A stretch of 64,000 nucleotides of DNA from Octopus vulgaris (taxonomy: Eukaryota): the NCBI GenBank assembly GCA_951406725.2, contig OX597827.1:84320001-84384000 (forward strand), given 5' to 3'. A model generated the notes under the pieces. That model ran no database searches. It worked only from the letters and a program-made list of their open reading frames with translations, and was not told where the DNA came from. Positions 1-11,639 of the stretch are shown one piece after another. Each line of letters opens with the position of its first letter. Position 1 is the stretch's first letter. The translations under genes were made by a program, and so were the position numbers.

Positions 1-36
1 TGTGACCTACTTGTTAAAATTCCATATATTTATTTC

Positions 37-122
37 TGCACCTGAAGATAGCATTGTATTTAAATTGATGTAATGATTGTATTGTTCAATTAAATGGCGC
101 CACTTGAAACGGTCGTACTGCA
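37..122 (+). ncRNA. Type I hammerhead ribozyme motif (Penelope-type, long stem II), slightly degenerate
   Basis: tgca-c CTGAAGA (42-48), long stem II (atttaaattga pairs with tcaattaaat), GAAA (106-109), near-palindromic stem III cggtcg, GTA triplet (115-117), then c-tgca closing stem I with one mismatch. Confidence 0.6.
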
Positions 123-203
123 TTACTAATTGATATCTTGTTGCTTATTTTGATTTTATTCACCTTACCTCGAGCTGTGCGGCTAATACCGGACTAACTT
201 GGT

Positions 204-239
<36 letters not shown>

Positions 240-247
240 GCACGCAT

Positions 248-307
<60 letters not shown>

Positions 308-400
308 GAATTAGTCATAGGAATCGTTAGAATCCAAAAAATTTAATATTCAGGGCATCAGGAAAGTTCGAGTCCTACACAAACGTAGACGTATCATACA

Positions 401-486
<86 letters not shown>

Positions 487-812
487 CATACATTTATATA
501 GGCGCATATATACGAATTCACACGCGCGCAAACACACACTCACATATATTATATATGTGGATGTGTATATATATATATGTATACACTTTAAGTTCATTTA
601 CGAGAGACGTTTGAATGTCCATCTAAAAGCCTCGGTTGTATTATTATGGCCGGCTACAGTCTAATGATGCCAACTGGTGACAACTAGTATTTGCGGGGGT
701 TGCACCGAGCTGTGCCGATATATAATGGAGGAGGAGTATAGCAATAACAATGATAATCCTTGGATGGAATTTAGAAATATTTTAAATTTCATCCACGGAT
801 TATCATTGTTAT

Positions 813-870
<58 letters not shown>

Positions 871-873
<3 letters not shown>

Positions 874-1485
874 CGGTGAATAAATTGTTATTTAAATTAC
901 GCATTTTGATAGATATATTTCCCCAAATTACATAAAAATATCTTGAAATACTAAAGAGTAAATTTATCCAATAAAATCGCCATTGGCTTCAACCACGGCC
1001 ACCAGACAAGTTCGGAATCTCCTGCAACTCTTCTGGACAGTCTCCTTGTTTAAGTTGGTGAATGCGCCCCACACATAATAATCAGGAGGATTACAGTCTG
1101 GGGAGTTAGGTGTGATGTGATTGTAGAAATTGTCTGACAGCCATGACTGGGTTCTCTTGTTTGTGTGGCATGGTGCTAGACGTAGGATCTTCCAGCAGAC
1201 ACCCACTTAACCCAGGGTAGCACTACCTCCTCCAGGTACTTGATGTAGGTCTCCGTGTGGGAAGATGGAGGCATAACGTCACCATCGCATTTGATCACTC
1301 GAAACACCATGATGTTGACTGGATGTTTGATTATTATCACTCTCGGTACATGTTCTCAGATTGCACTGTCCTCAGACTGACCCCCAAACACTCTCAAATG
1401 TTCGCATTGGAGGCTCTGGCGCGTATGCCAAGCAGTACAGCACGTCGTTCCAAATTTCTGGCAGAGTGGATTGCGTCTTTGTGTT
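871..1485 (-). mobile_element. Internally deleted Tc1/mariner transposase remnant (maT/DD37D-like)
   Basis: ORF 964-1206 reads APCHTNKRTQSWLSDNF...PNSPDCNPPDYYVWG...CRRFRTCLVAVVEANGDFI (transposase C-terminus). An N-terminal-like piece (TQSTLPEIW) lies at 1350-1480. Confidence 0.85.
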
Positions 1486-1491
1486 CTTTTT

Positions 1492-1530
<39 letters not shown>

Positions 1531-1559
1531 ACACACGCACACACACACACACACACACA

Positions 1560-1790
1560 TAGTTAATCCAAACATGAAAACACAAAGAGAAAACACGACA
1601 ACGCGAGGACGTGGAACAAATATAATAATATTATTGGACGCTCAGGAAGGAAGGGAAGGAAGGTTTAACGTTTCGAGCGGAGCTCTTCGTCAGAAACACA
1701 GGAAAAGGAAAGATCCAGAGAAGGGAAGACGGAGGAAAAAAAATCGCCAACGGTACACACGCGGTCACATTTTGAATGACCGGAAGGGAA
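1560..1790 (-). mobile_element. Short repeat carrying a hammerhead ribozyme (Penelope pLTR-derived or retrozyme-like)
   Basis: 1560-1650 recurs at 16678-16770 (agttaatccaaaca...gcgaggacgtg.aacaaatata..tattattggacgctc). The hammerhead core is at 1663-1697. Confidence 0.6.
1663..1697 (-). ncRNA. Minimal type I hammerhead ribozyme
   Basis: Minus strand: gttt CTGACGA a gagc-tcc-gctc GAAA c g T T aaac. Stems I and II pair; stem III is the palindrome AACGTT. Confidence 0.7.
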
Positions 1791-1926
1791 TGGGTGAAGA
1801 AAAGTTCTTTCGAAGACAGAAGAGTGCAAGAGGAAGTATGTGTGTGTAAGTGTGGATATGTGCGTGCGCGCAGGTCTGCGTGTGCGTGTGTGTGTGTATG
1901 TGTGTATGTGTGCAATGATAACACGC

Positions 1927-1961
<35 letters not shown>

Positions 1962-2023
1962 CGTGTGTATGTGTGTGTAAGCGTATGTGGGTGTATATAC
2001 GTGTATCCGTGGGGTTGTGAGTG

Positions 2024-2179
2024 TTGCTGGAGCACCTCCTTTAGTCAAGTAGATCGACCCAGGACTAATTCTTTGTAAGCCTAGTACTTTTTCTATCGGC
2101 TTTTTTGCCGAACCGCTAGGTTACGGGACGTAAACGCACCAGTGTCGGTTGTCAAGCGATGTTGGGGAGACAGACACAG

Positions 2180-2180
<1 letters not shown>
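2024..2180 (-). mobile_element. 3' half of tRNA-derived SINE family A
   Basis: Matches 39150-39340 and, as reverse complement, 51885-52060 (gctggagcacc...tttgccgaaccgcta.gtta...tcggttgtcaagcgat). Confidence 0.85.
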
Positions 2181-2265
<85 letters not shown>

Positions 2266-2354
2266 CGAAGGCCAGCAAACCAAAACTTTAAAGCCACCGC
2301 TTGTCTCGTCTCACTATAATAGATATGTACTGTGCAAAAAGAATGAAGTAGCCC

Positions 2355-2406
<52 letters not shown>

Positions 2407-2853
2407 GAACAGCACCTGATGACCTGATGTGGTTTGTAGCAGCGGATGCAATAATGAAAATTCTCATTGATGAAGTGATTAATAATCGCTGACTTAATAC
2501 GGCTATGTCAACCCAGGAGTATAGGACTCCCGCTCTCTATTACTGAATATCATGATAAATAGGCATCAGACAAAGTCCTAGAGATAGAGAATGAAAAAAG
2601 TGGCAAATATACCTTGATATATAGACATGTATGTATGTATGTATGTATGTATGTATGTATGTATGTATGTATGTATGTATGTATGTATGTATGTATGTAT
2701 GTGTGTATGTATGTATGTGTGTGTGTATGTGTGTATGTGTGAATCACTCTATATCCTAATCTCCGTATGTGTGACAGATAAATTGATCACTGGATGCACA
2801 CACCCGTTGGCAGACAGACAGATATAAACTAGATAATAGGCATAGACAGATAA

Positions 2854-2941
<88 letters not shown>

Positions 2942-3101
2942 ACATAAGGATAGTCTCCGTATTCGATTAAAAGCTCCCTCCTTACGTCTCCTCTTGTCCC
3001 CTTCTCAGCCCCCACTATCCTTCCCTATCAAAATATCAATCTCCTACATAGACATAACGGAGTTTTTTTTTTATTCGGTATAGTTTACTTCATCACGTCG
3101 T

Positions 3102-3116
3102 CGCCAGATGGCGCTA
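3102..3116 (+). promoter_or_regulatory. CTCF-like motif
   Basis: CGCCAGATGGCGCTA resembles the CTCF core CCACCAGRKGGCGC; it lies in non-repetitive sequence. Confidence 0.35.
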
Positions 3117-3238
3117 GTGATATTTTATCTTGTGTGTACAACTAAATTTACATTTCGTCTAATTTGCAGCCATTCTCAGTGATATATTCCATCACCACAA
3201 CGCCACCGCCGCCACTCCCTACATATATAAATATAAAT

Positions 3239-3294
<56 letters not shown>

Positions 3295-3416
3295 GCACAT
3301 ACACACGGTTACACCTATATATCCCCTACTAACTACACTAAACAACATACTTTTTAGCTGAACATTCTTTAATCTTATTTTGTTTCTTTTTTTTTCTTGT
3401 TTAGTCTGTCTGTTTG

Positions 3417-3487
<71 letters not shown>

Positions 3488-3948
3488 GTCTTTCCTTTCT
3501 ATCTCTATTTATCCCTACCTCTATCTATTTATCTGTCTGTTTGTCTTGAGATAACTGTATCCCAACCCACATTCTCTCTTTTATCATTAACTTTATTTCT
3601 TTGCGGTTTTGTAAACACATTGTTTTTTACTGTTCTTCTTGTGTTGTGTGTGTGTATGTGTGTGTGTATGTATGTATGTGTGTGTTTGTGTGTGTGTATG
3701 TATCAATATAGTCCCTCCCCCGTCATTTTCTGTGTTTTTAACCCATCCACGTGCGTATGCAGGAAAAACATGCGTCTATATGCGTGTGTGCGTGTGAGTG
3801 TATGGAGGGTATATAAAAAGTGCATTATGTATGTAGGAATGTCTATGTGTATATGTAAGAATACGAATCGAAAACCGACTCTATATAAAGATTACCATTA
3901 ATACGACCCCATCACCACCACCACCACCACCACCACACAAAACCGCCA

Positions 3949-3964
3949 CCACCAGGTGGCGCTG
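3949..3964 (+). promoter_or_regulatory. CTCF-like motif
   Basis: CCACCAGGTGGCGCTG is a near-consensus CTCF core. Confidence 0.45.
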
Positions 3965-4239
3965 TCTCACTATAAAATAAAATGGAGGTGTTACGGCAAT
4001 CCTAACTTTCTCATAAACATTACAAAACATTCATCTTCCATAAGGTGTGATGGGGGGATGATTGTGGAAGAAGGCAGTGTCCGGGTGGGGGGGGGGGGCG
4101 TGTAGTGAGAGTAATACTTGTATGACAGAACATAAGAGGTGGGCATGGTAGGGAGGAGGTAGTAAGAACCATAACTCATACATAACGATGTACTTATGGC
4201 TAATACCACTTCTATAAATAGTAACAATAGCAATAATTG

Positions 4240-4437
4240 TTACGAATTTCGGCAAAAGGCCAGAAATTTGGAGGAATGGTTTCGTTAATGAAATCACCGC
4301 AGTTCTTTATTTCATCGTCTCCTGAAAAGATGAAAGACAAAATTGACCTGGGAAGGGTTTGAACCCAGAACGTAAAGATCTTTCACTAAATAACGTAAAG
4401 CATTTTATTCGGCGCTCTAACGATTCTGACAATTTAT
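4240..4437 (-). mobile_element. Diverged SINE family B copy
   Basis: gaaaagatgaaagacaaaattgacc...tttgaacccagaacgtaaag...cgctctaacgattctg resembles 52350-52520 and 58700-58818. Confidence 0.7.
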
Positions 4438-4447
4438 CAACCCGATA

Positions 4448-4532
<85 letters not shown>

Positions 4533-5029
4533 CGATGACGATGATTTTTTATTTTCCAGAAGGACTTTGGATGAAGTGCATATTAAGACTGGTTATAACG
4601 TGTGGATTTAGATAGAAATCTGATGAGAGTAAAAATGCGGTGGAACGGAGATGAAATTTACGTAAACTATACAAATACATGACTGTTATAAGATCCACTA
4701 AGGAATAAAATGTCTTCTTGCCGCTGTTCTCCGCTCTACAAGAGCATACCTAAGAGTACTTCTATCCACCCTAACTATTTTCACCCCAGTTTATCATCTT
4801 TTTAACTAATTCACTCGAGAGGAACACTTCTCTTTCCACTCTCATCTTTCTTTCTAAATGTAAAAATCAACGAGAGTTTGACTGAAGAGAAAAAAATCTG
4901 TCTTCAATCTGTCCTGCCTCGTACATAACCTCTTTCTTCGTAGCCATCAGACGAAGAACATTTCCTGTCCTGTCTTATGCCTTATTAAAGAGGGACGGTG
5001 GGGGAAATCATTCTCAATGGAATCATCCG

Positions 5030-6650
5030 CTAGCCAGATTCGCCCTACACGCATTTTGGACAGTGCCGTCTTTTAGGCCAAGGACAGCTTTGAGGAAGCC
5101 AGGTTTGTTTCTCTGTGATCTATCACATGATGTTGAGGTTGTCAGGGATGGATCTAGTGGGGATCGCACATTTGGGCTTTCCAGATCGACAAGCGTCAGA
5201 TCTTTGTAGCTAAAATCTCGAGCTCTGTGTTTTGGAGGGGTATTTATAACATTTTCATTTTTCATACCTCGGCTCACAAAACTGAAAATTCTCCAATTTC
5301 TTGGCAATTGCGTTAGGTATTTAACAAGCAGTCTCTAAACACGTCTGGCATATTAACCTAAAACCCATTTCTGGCGTGCGAGAGTGACCATCTTGTTCGT
5401 AAGGCAGACAGTTCAAACCGGGCGACTTCTCCCTTGCGTAGCTGCCATTGCTTTCTCGTATCTCAGTTGCTGTATTTAGCCTTCCATATTACTTTGTATT
5501 TTCCACTGAGAACTGCATCAGGTCATCGAGGTTGGAATGAAAGTCCATTATTATCTCTGACCTTTTGCTCGACTGAACAGTCGAGCAAAGTGCTGCTGGA
5601 AAGCCGCACACATCTGTTTTGAACCGAGTGGCACCTGCCTGTCCACCAAATACCAAATTAAAGCATTGTTGATGCCTCGTGCCTCCGTCAACCCATCCCA
5701 TCAAACGTTCTCGTCCCTTCATGTTTTAGCGCTCGAATCTTGGCTCGTGTTGAAGAAATGGCCATTTTTTTGCCGCCATCACGCCAGTCCCGATGCCTCT
5801 CTTAGCCTCATCTCTTCCTAGCTTGCTAACTACTCCTTCCTCTAATTTATTTCTCTCTGTCAATATTCTTTACTAAATGCTCTCGACTCGGCTTTAATTA
5901 CTCTCTTCACAGCACTCCACTACCAGTTGTTGGCTAAGCTCGCTAATCCAGGCTATTGTAATCTTTGTTTGCCGAGAAAGAAGTCTCCAGCTTCTATAAG
6001 TTCTGTCTAAGTCAATTATGTAGATCACAAATTTGTGGTCTGTGTAGCCGACCTGTCAAAAAGTTGAAAATGTGGACACCCTACACTGTCCCTGTTTGTT
6101 AACCTAACAAACACTGGGTGACCCATTGTGGTTGCCCCATAAAACCTCTAGAAATCCAGTCGGTACCTGTCAGACATTTAGAAATTTCCGAGCAGGGTTT
6201 CGAGGCTTTTGCACCCACCCCTTCTCCTATGGGTTAACTCGCCCAATCCTATCGTGCATCTAAAATACAATTTCACTCAGCCACCACTTGACCGTTTAAA
6301 AGAAAGTTTCTAAACGGCTAAAGTAATCCGTTCGTCCTGTCCCGGTTGTGGTTCACGCGGCCATTAGTCTTAAAGCATCACTTTCATTCACATCTAAAAG
6401 TACCGACTTTTCTCCTGGATTCGGGAAGATCTCCTCTAACTCTAATCCTAACTCTTTCCGGAACAGCGCTGCCCTTTCGCCGCCCGACTCCATCAAACAA
6501 CAAGATGACTACACTTCGTAGTAGTCAAAAATGGCCACAAATGAGTGCGTTTGAAACAGTCTGGTCTTGGTAAAAGCTACCACGTCTATACCATGGCATT
6601 TGAAGTGGATGAGTTATTGATTTTGCTTCGAAACTGATCCAAGACTTACT
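5030..6650 (-). mobile_element. Decayed L1/Tx1-clade LINE ORF2 (APE endonuclease, linker, RT N-terminus)
   Basis: Manual minus-strand translation across stops and frameshifts: ALFRKELGLELEEIFPNPGEKSVLLDVN..LRLMAA, NCILDAR, VGYTDHKFV, WSAVKRVIKAESRAFSK, RAKIRALKHEG, MCAAFQQHFARLF, KSPGLNCLPYE, LQNTELEILA, CAIPTRSIPDNLNIM. These follow L1/Tx1 ORF2 motif order. Confidence 0.85.
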
Positions 6651-7419
6651 CTGAATAAAGCCACGTCTATCGGAGAAAATAGGGGGAAAGTTTACTTACC
6701 TTGGTTTTGGAGAAGGAGACAAGTTGTCCGATTCCTTTTCCGGACAGGTGTCTCTTCAAAGTCTCTGCAAGAGACTTTTGTCCAGCCTTTTTCGAAAACA
6801 TCTCAACACTTCTTAGAAAATAGTCCAAGAATGTATTTATACATTTCCCCCCTTATCTTTACAGCCTCATTTGCCAACGATTTTATAAATCTTTTGTATT
6901 TCTGAAATCCCTTCCCTTCCCTTTCTAACCGTTTTGCCTTTATGTAGTTGGTTTTATGTAGATCGGTGATGGAGATGGCGTTGTGTGTTTGCCTGAAGAC
7001 GTGTCGGGATGTTCTTACAACATGCTACGAAGCAGTCATAAAGACATGTTGAGATGTTGTTATACAAACGGCTACTGACTTTGTACAATATCTGTGAATA
7101 TAAGCATTTTGTATATGTAAGTAACACACACACGCGCTCGCGTGCGCGCACGTATGTGTGCATACATTATTCATAGATATATCTGTGTGTGTGTGTGTGT
7201 GTGGTCACCCTCCATCTCCTCGTTGTCGCAAGACAACGAAGAGGTTCTCACTGTATGTGGCCGAAAACTCTTGCTGGTCATCTTCTGATAGAGGAAAGTG
7301 AAAGAACCCCCACCCCGCTTCCTTCACTGTAACCAGTGGTGCTACTGGGAGTGAAAAAAGTGGTTTCTGGCTTCTGTTGATATCGTTGGTCGCTTTTTTT
7401 CCTGCCTTGCCTCTAGATC

Positions 7420-7868
7420 CATGGTTCTCAATCTGGGTCCTTCGGCGGTCCTGATAAGATTTTGTTGTTAAAATTCGACTGCAATAAATTGATTATATTT
7501 CTACAATAGATGCAGGTGTCTTCAGAATAAAGCTCGATCTCCTGTCAAGGGTTCTGGATGAGCCAACCTTGCGGTAGGAAACGCATATCAAGGCCACAGG
7601 ATAAAATTTCCTCATTCCCCAAGTGCTACATATCAGAGGAGATTTCAAGTAATGAAGGTGTAGTAAAGCTAATGGCAGTGCCCCAGCATGGCCGCAGCTT
7701 TCGAGTCGAAACTGGTTAAAAGTTATGTTTAAACATTCCTTTATACAATTCCTAACAATCTTAAAAATATAATTGGAGTTTTTACACATCGAATGGGCAG
7801 GAAGAATCAATTCAAGAAGAACGGGAATCGAAGGAATCCATAGACCCCAAAATGGTTGAGAATCACAG
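7420..7868. mobile_element. hAT (Charlie-like) MITE with a nested LINE fragment
   Basis: Terminal inverted repeats catggttctcaatc / ggttgagaatcacag resemble CAGTGGTTCTCAACC-type termini. Confidence 0.6.
7512..7722 (+). mobile_element. 3' end of a CR1-clade LINE (ORF2 C-terminus plus 3' UTR)
   Basis: Reads GVFRIKLDL..RVLDEPT (cf. FKxKLDxFLxxVPDEP) and ends ggcagtgccccagcatggccgcag...gaaactggttaaaag. Confidence 0.65.
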
Positions 7869-8769
7869 GAGACAGGAAAAAACTCTTTCATGTGTTTTAG
7901 GCTCACCTTATAGTAATGACGGTATTACTATAACACGCACCCCCTCTTCTTTTCCTCTCCAACAGTATCTTTAAAACCCCAGGACTGTGGATTAAGGCCA
8001 TCATCAAAACCTGTCTCTTGATTACATATCATTCAATGTCACCACTCCCCGCCATCAGACAGCATCGTAAAGGTGACCACCAGCCGGGGGGGGGGGGGTC
8101 AACACCACCACCAACACTGTAAGAGTTTCCGTTGTTGTTGATGTTGTCAATATCGTAGTTGATGTCTCGGCGCAGGTCTCCGCTTCTCTCAACTTCCTTT
8201 GACTTCGTGTATTTATAAAAAAGTTTCATTGTCATTTCTCTGTTTATCTTTTAATTTCCTATTTGTGTATTTAAAATTTATTTTGTAATCGTAGCAGTGC
8301 CACTTCCATTTTATTTATTACCTCTTGCTGTACCTCTAATGGCAGAAGTCATAGCGAACACAACATCGATGGTTTTGTATCTGTTTATATGACAGTATTT
8401 GGGACTGAATGCTGACGCTAAAATAGTTTCATCAACGAACAGTCATTTCACCGTTTAACAACAGATAAAACCCTTTATATTCACTTTTCATTTGTTTCTT
8501 ATGTAATAACATATTTCGTCGCTCGTCTGTGACTGGCTTGTTTGAGACGAATTCCACCGAATCTGCTGCTGAAAATCAATGACCAGTTTCATAAGCCTCG
8601 GAATTTTAATTCTTTTTAGCACATGAACGTTCTGCCCCCTTTAAACACAGAGTTTATTATCGCCATTCCAGTACTTTGAACCGCTCCAACATGGATATCT
8701 TCTCCGCGGAGCGGCTTGGTCACGTGTCACCTGAACTCATTCGGAACTAACTTGTCTTTTTTTTAACAG

Positions 8770-10890
8770 GAGATATAAATGTTTGGAATTAGAAAAACGC
8801 CCTGAAGATTTTATTGCATACGCTGGGCGTATAAACAAAGAATGCGAAAAATTTAAAAGATAGACAATGATTGATAACCAATTTTCGTGTCTGGCCTGAC
8901 CTCACCAAGCTATGATGAAAGAACTCATGTCCCAGCCAAATTGAACGTATCCGACGACATTACCTTACAACAACTAACGACTGAATGTCAACGATTAATT
9001 AATATTAAGCGTGATAATCAAATGATACAAAATTCTGCAGGAAATAAAATAGCTTCAACCACTAATGCAGTTACCACAAAAAATACACAACAAAACAAAA
9101 CTGGAGTTCACAGAAGTCTAAACCGCCTTATGGATCTATGAGACATCTCTCACCCAACAACATGTTGGAATTCTGGCGAGTGGCATTATGCAAATTATTG
9201 TCAGTGCAAGAACAAAGAAGGTTTCAAATGTCACAATTATGGACATTGTTACCATTCAGGTCGTTCTCGTAACAAGAAAAGTCGTTGAATCTGATTCGAC
9301 CGCAGAAAGTATTAAAATGGAGTCTACGCTACATTTAAACGCGAAATCATTTCAAAAAGGGATTATATTACTGTTCAGATAAATGGACATGTGAAACGTT
9401 TACAACTTGAATCTTCATCTGATATTACCATCATTTCTGAAGAAACATCGCACAAAATCGGTAATCCAGCCATTTTATCAACTGAACCAAAAGCCAAGAA
9501 TGTTTCCAATCAGTCATTGTTTATCAAAGGAAAAATATGTTTTTATTCCCTAAGAGACTCGACTTCCATTCATTCGGGATTCTGATACATTACTGAGAAT
9601 CCTTACCAGGACGTCTTTGCAACAGACTGGATTGAGAAGCTTGGGTTATAGAACACACCACTAAATAAAGTAACAGAAGATGACGTAATTGCTAACACAA
9701 ATATTGAACCTGACATTCACCAAGTGCTAATGGATTCAATCAAATGTTTACCTGTTACTTTAGAGCAGGTAAAACAAGAAACATCAAATGAACCTGTTCT
9801 CCAAGAACTTATTAAACATAATAAAAAACAACTCTGCAAATAAAGATATGCAACAATTCAGTTTGAAGCGTGATTATCTCTCAGTTGTTAATGACTGTTT
9901 AATGATGGCTAATCGCATTGTTATTCCAAACAATCTTAAAAAGATGGTTCGTAACCAATTTCACGCACATCATCAAGAAACTTCCAGAACGAAGGCTTTA
10001 ACAGGAAGCTACATTTATTGGCGGGATTTGACAAAGATATCGAATCTCTTGAGCAAACATGTTGGAAATATGCAAAAGCCTCAAAATTACCTTTTCAGAT
10101 AAGCACTCCTCGGGCATTTCCCAAAGCAACATGCTCTGGAGTACACAGATTTTGCAGGATCTCATGATGGCAACTACTTCCCTTTTATTATGGTCGACGC
10201 ATTATGGCCGGAGGTGTTCATTATGAGTCAAACAACTTCAGCCACAATGCTAAAGCTACGTCAAGTCTTGTCAAGATTTTGTAAGAAAAATGGTATCAAT
10301 AAGAACTCCCCCATTATCATCCTCAATCCAACGAGTTTGCAGAGAGATTCGTAGATACCTTTAAGCACTCATTCCACAAAATTGAGGAGAAGTGGTAAGT
10401 GAGAAGAAACTTTGCAACTCTTTTTAATGAACTACAAAATAACACTGGATGCTGCGTGTCTGCGGAAAGTCACCTGCAGAAACAAGGTTCCAGAGAAAAC
10501 CTCGTAATGGTTTTGATATGATGAAACCCAGAAATGCAAAACATTCACCAAAATTAACGAGTATACCAAGGTAGAGGCGGGGAGATCTAGTATATGTACT
10601 TGATACTTGACCAGGTCATCCCAAGTGGCAAGATGGTCATGTGACAAAGCGGAGATAACCTCGTATATGAAGCATTAGTTGGATGTTTCACCTTAGTTGT
10701 GGCGCGTTAACCAGGTGGAGAGAGCCGTCGATGCGTTTATTTATTAATCAAAATCAAGAAAATACGAAAAACCAAGTTATTCAAATTGGATTAGAAACTA
10801 CTTCGTCAAATTTAGGAAGATCCAGTCGAAGTAGAAAACCTGCTGAGCACATACAGGTAAACTCACGGAATAAAACTTATTCATATATAC
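8770..10890 (+). mobile_element. Decayed Ty3/Gypsy (K02A2.6-like) gag-pol lacking RT/RNase H
   Basis: Gag: EDFIAYAGRINKECEKFK and SGLTSP..ITLQQLTTECQRLINIKRD. Zn knuckle: CWNSGEWHYANYC..CHNYGH. Protease: INGHVKRLQLESSSDITIISEET. Integrase Zn domain: LSVVNDCLMMANRIVIP..FHAHHQ..YIYW. Integrase core: VHTDFAG, WPEVF, HPQSN..AERFVDTFK. Tail: RSSRSRKP..TY. Confidence 0.9.
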
Positions 10891-11362
10891 CACCTGTTCA
10901 TCTTTTAACCCCAGCTGTCTCGATACAAAACATTGTTTATTGTCATTCAATCTGTGGACACGATTCGATCCTGTGATGTTGATTATTTAAGCTTACGTCG
11001 ATTAGTCCGGAGAAAAAGACATTATAGACTCTACCAGTTGACGTAGGTATACATCGACTCATTGTTGCGAATCGACTCTTCTTTTTCGCCTTAGCACATT
11101 TACTGTGGTACAGACGACGGTTCATTTTGCGTCGTGGGCAAATTGAAGTTACAATTCGCCACTTCGCGCTTCGCTTTCGAATGGCTACAATAGTTTAGTT
11201 CGTTCGTTTATAAAGTTCTGTTCTGAGTACAAAATTATTCGTCTTACTTTATAGCACTCTGCATCTGTACAAGCTATTAGATCCAGTCCTTCTTGCTCCG
11301 TGAGTACCACGTCTAGAATTACCTCCCACCAACGTATTTCCTCAGCTTCAGGGCAGTTGATG

Positions 11363-11446
11363 GGGACACGGACTCGTCCCTTTCTAGAAAGGGACACAGG
11401 CTCGCTCCTTTCTTGCAAGGGTCACGGGCTCGTCCCTTTCTATAGA
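11363..11446. repeat. 3 x 28-bp tandem repeat with internal dyad symmetry
   Basis: gggacacggactcgtccctttctagaaa / gggacacaggctcgctcctttcttgcaa / gggtcacgggctcgtccctttctataga. Confidence 0.8.
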
Positions 11447-11639
11447 GTAAGTCATACAAAATAGTTTTACACACTCTACACCAAATTAACGCTGAAGGTC
11501 GTTATAGTGCTGATGTTGTGATGATAGCAGTGTTTGGGTTGGTGGGGGTAGTGGAGGTGGTGTCGGTTGTAACCATAGTTTGTTGTTAATGTAAACGTAA
11601 GGTCAACTGTCTTCAGTGAGTATCGATCTCAGACTCCCT

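Noticed and set aside
11363-11446. CRISPR-like 28-bp palindromic repeats
   Set aside because: Units are contiguous without spacers, there are no cas genes, and the context is eukaryotic.
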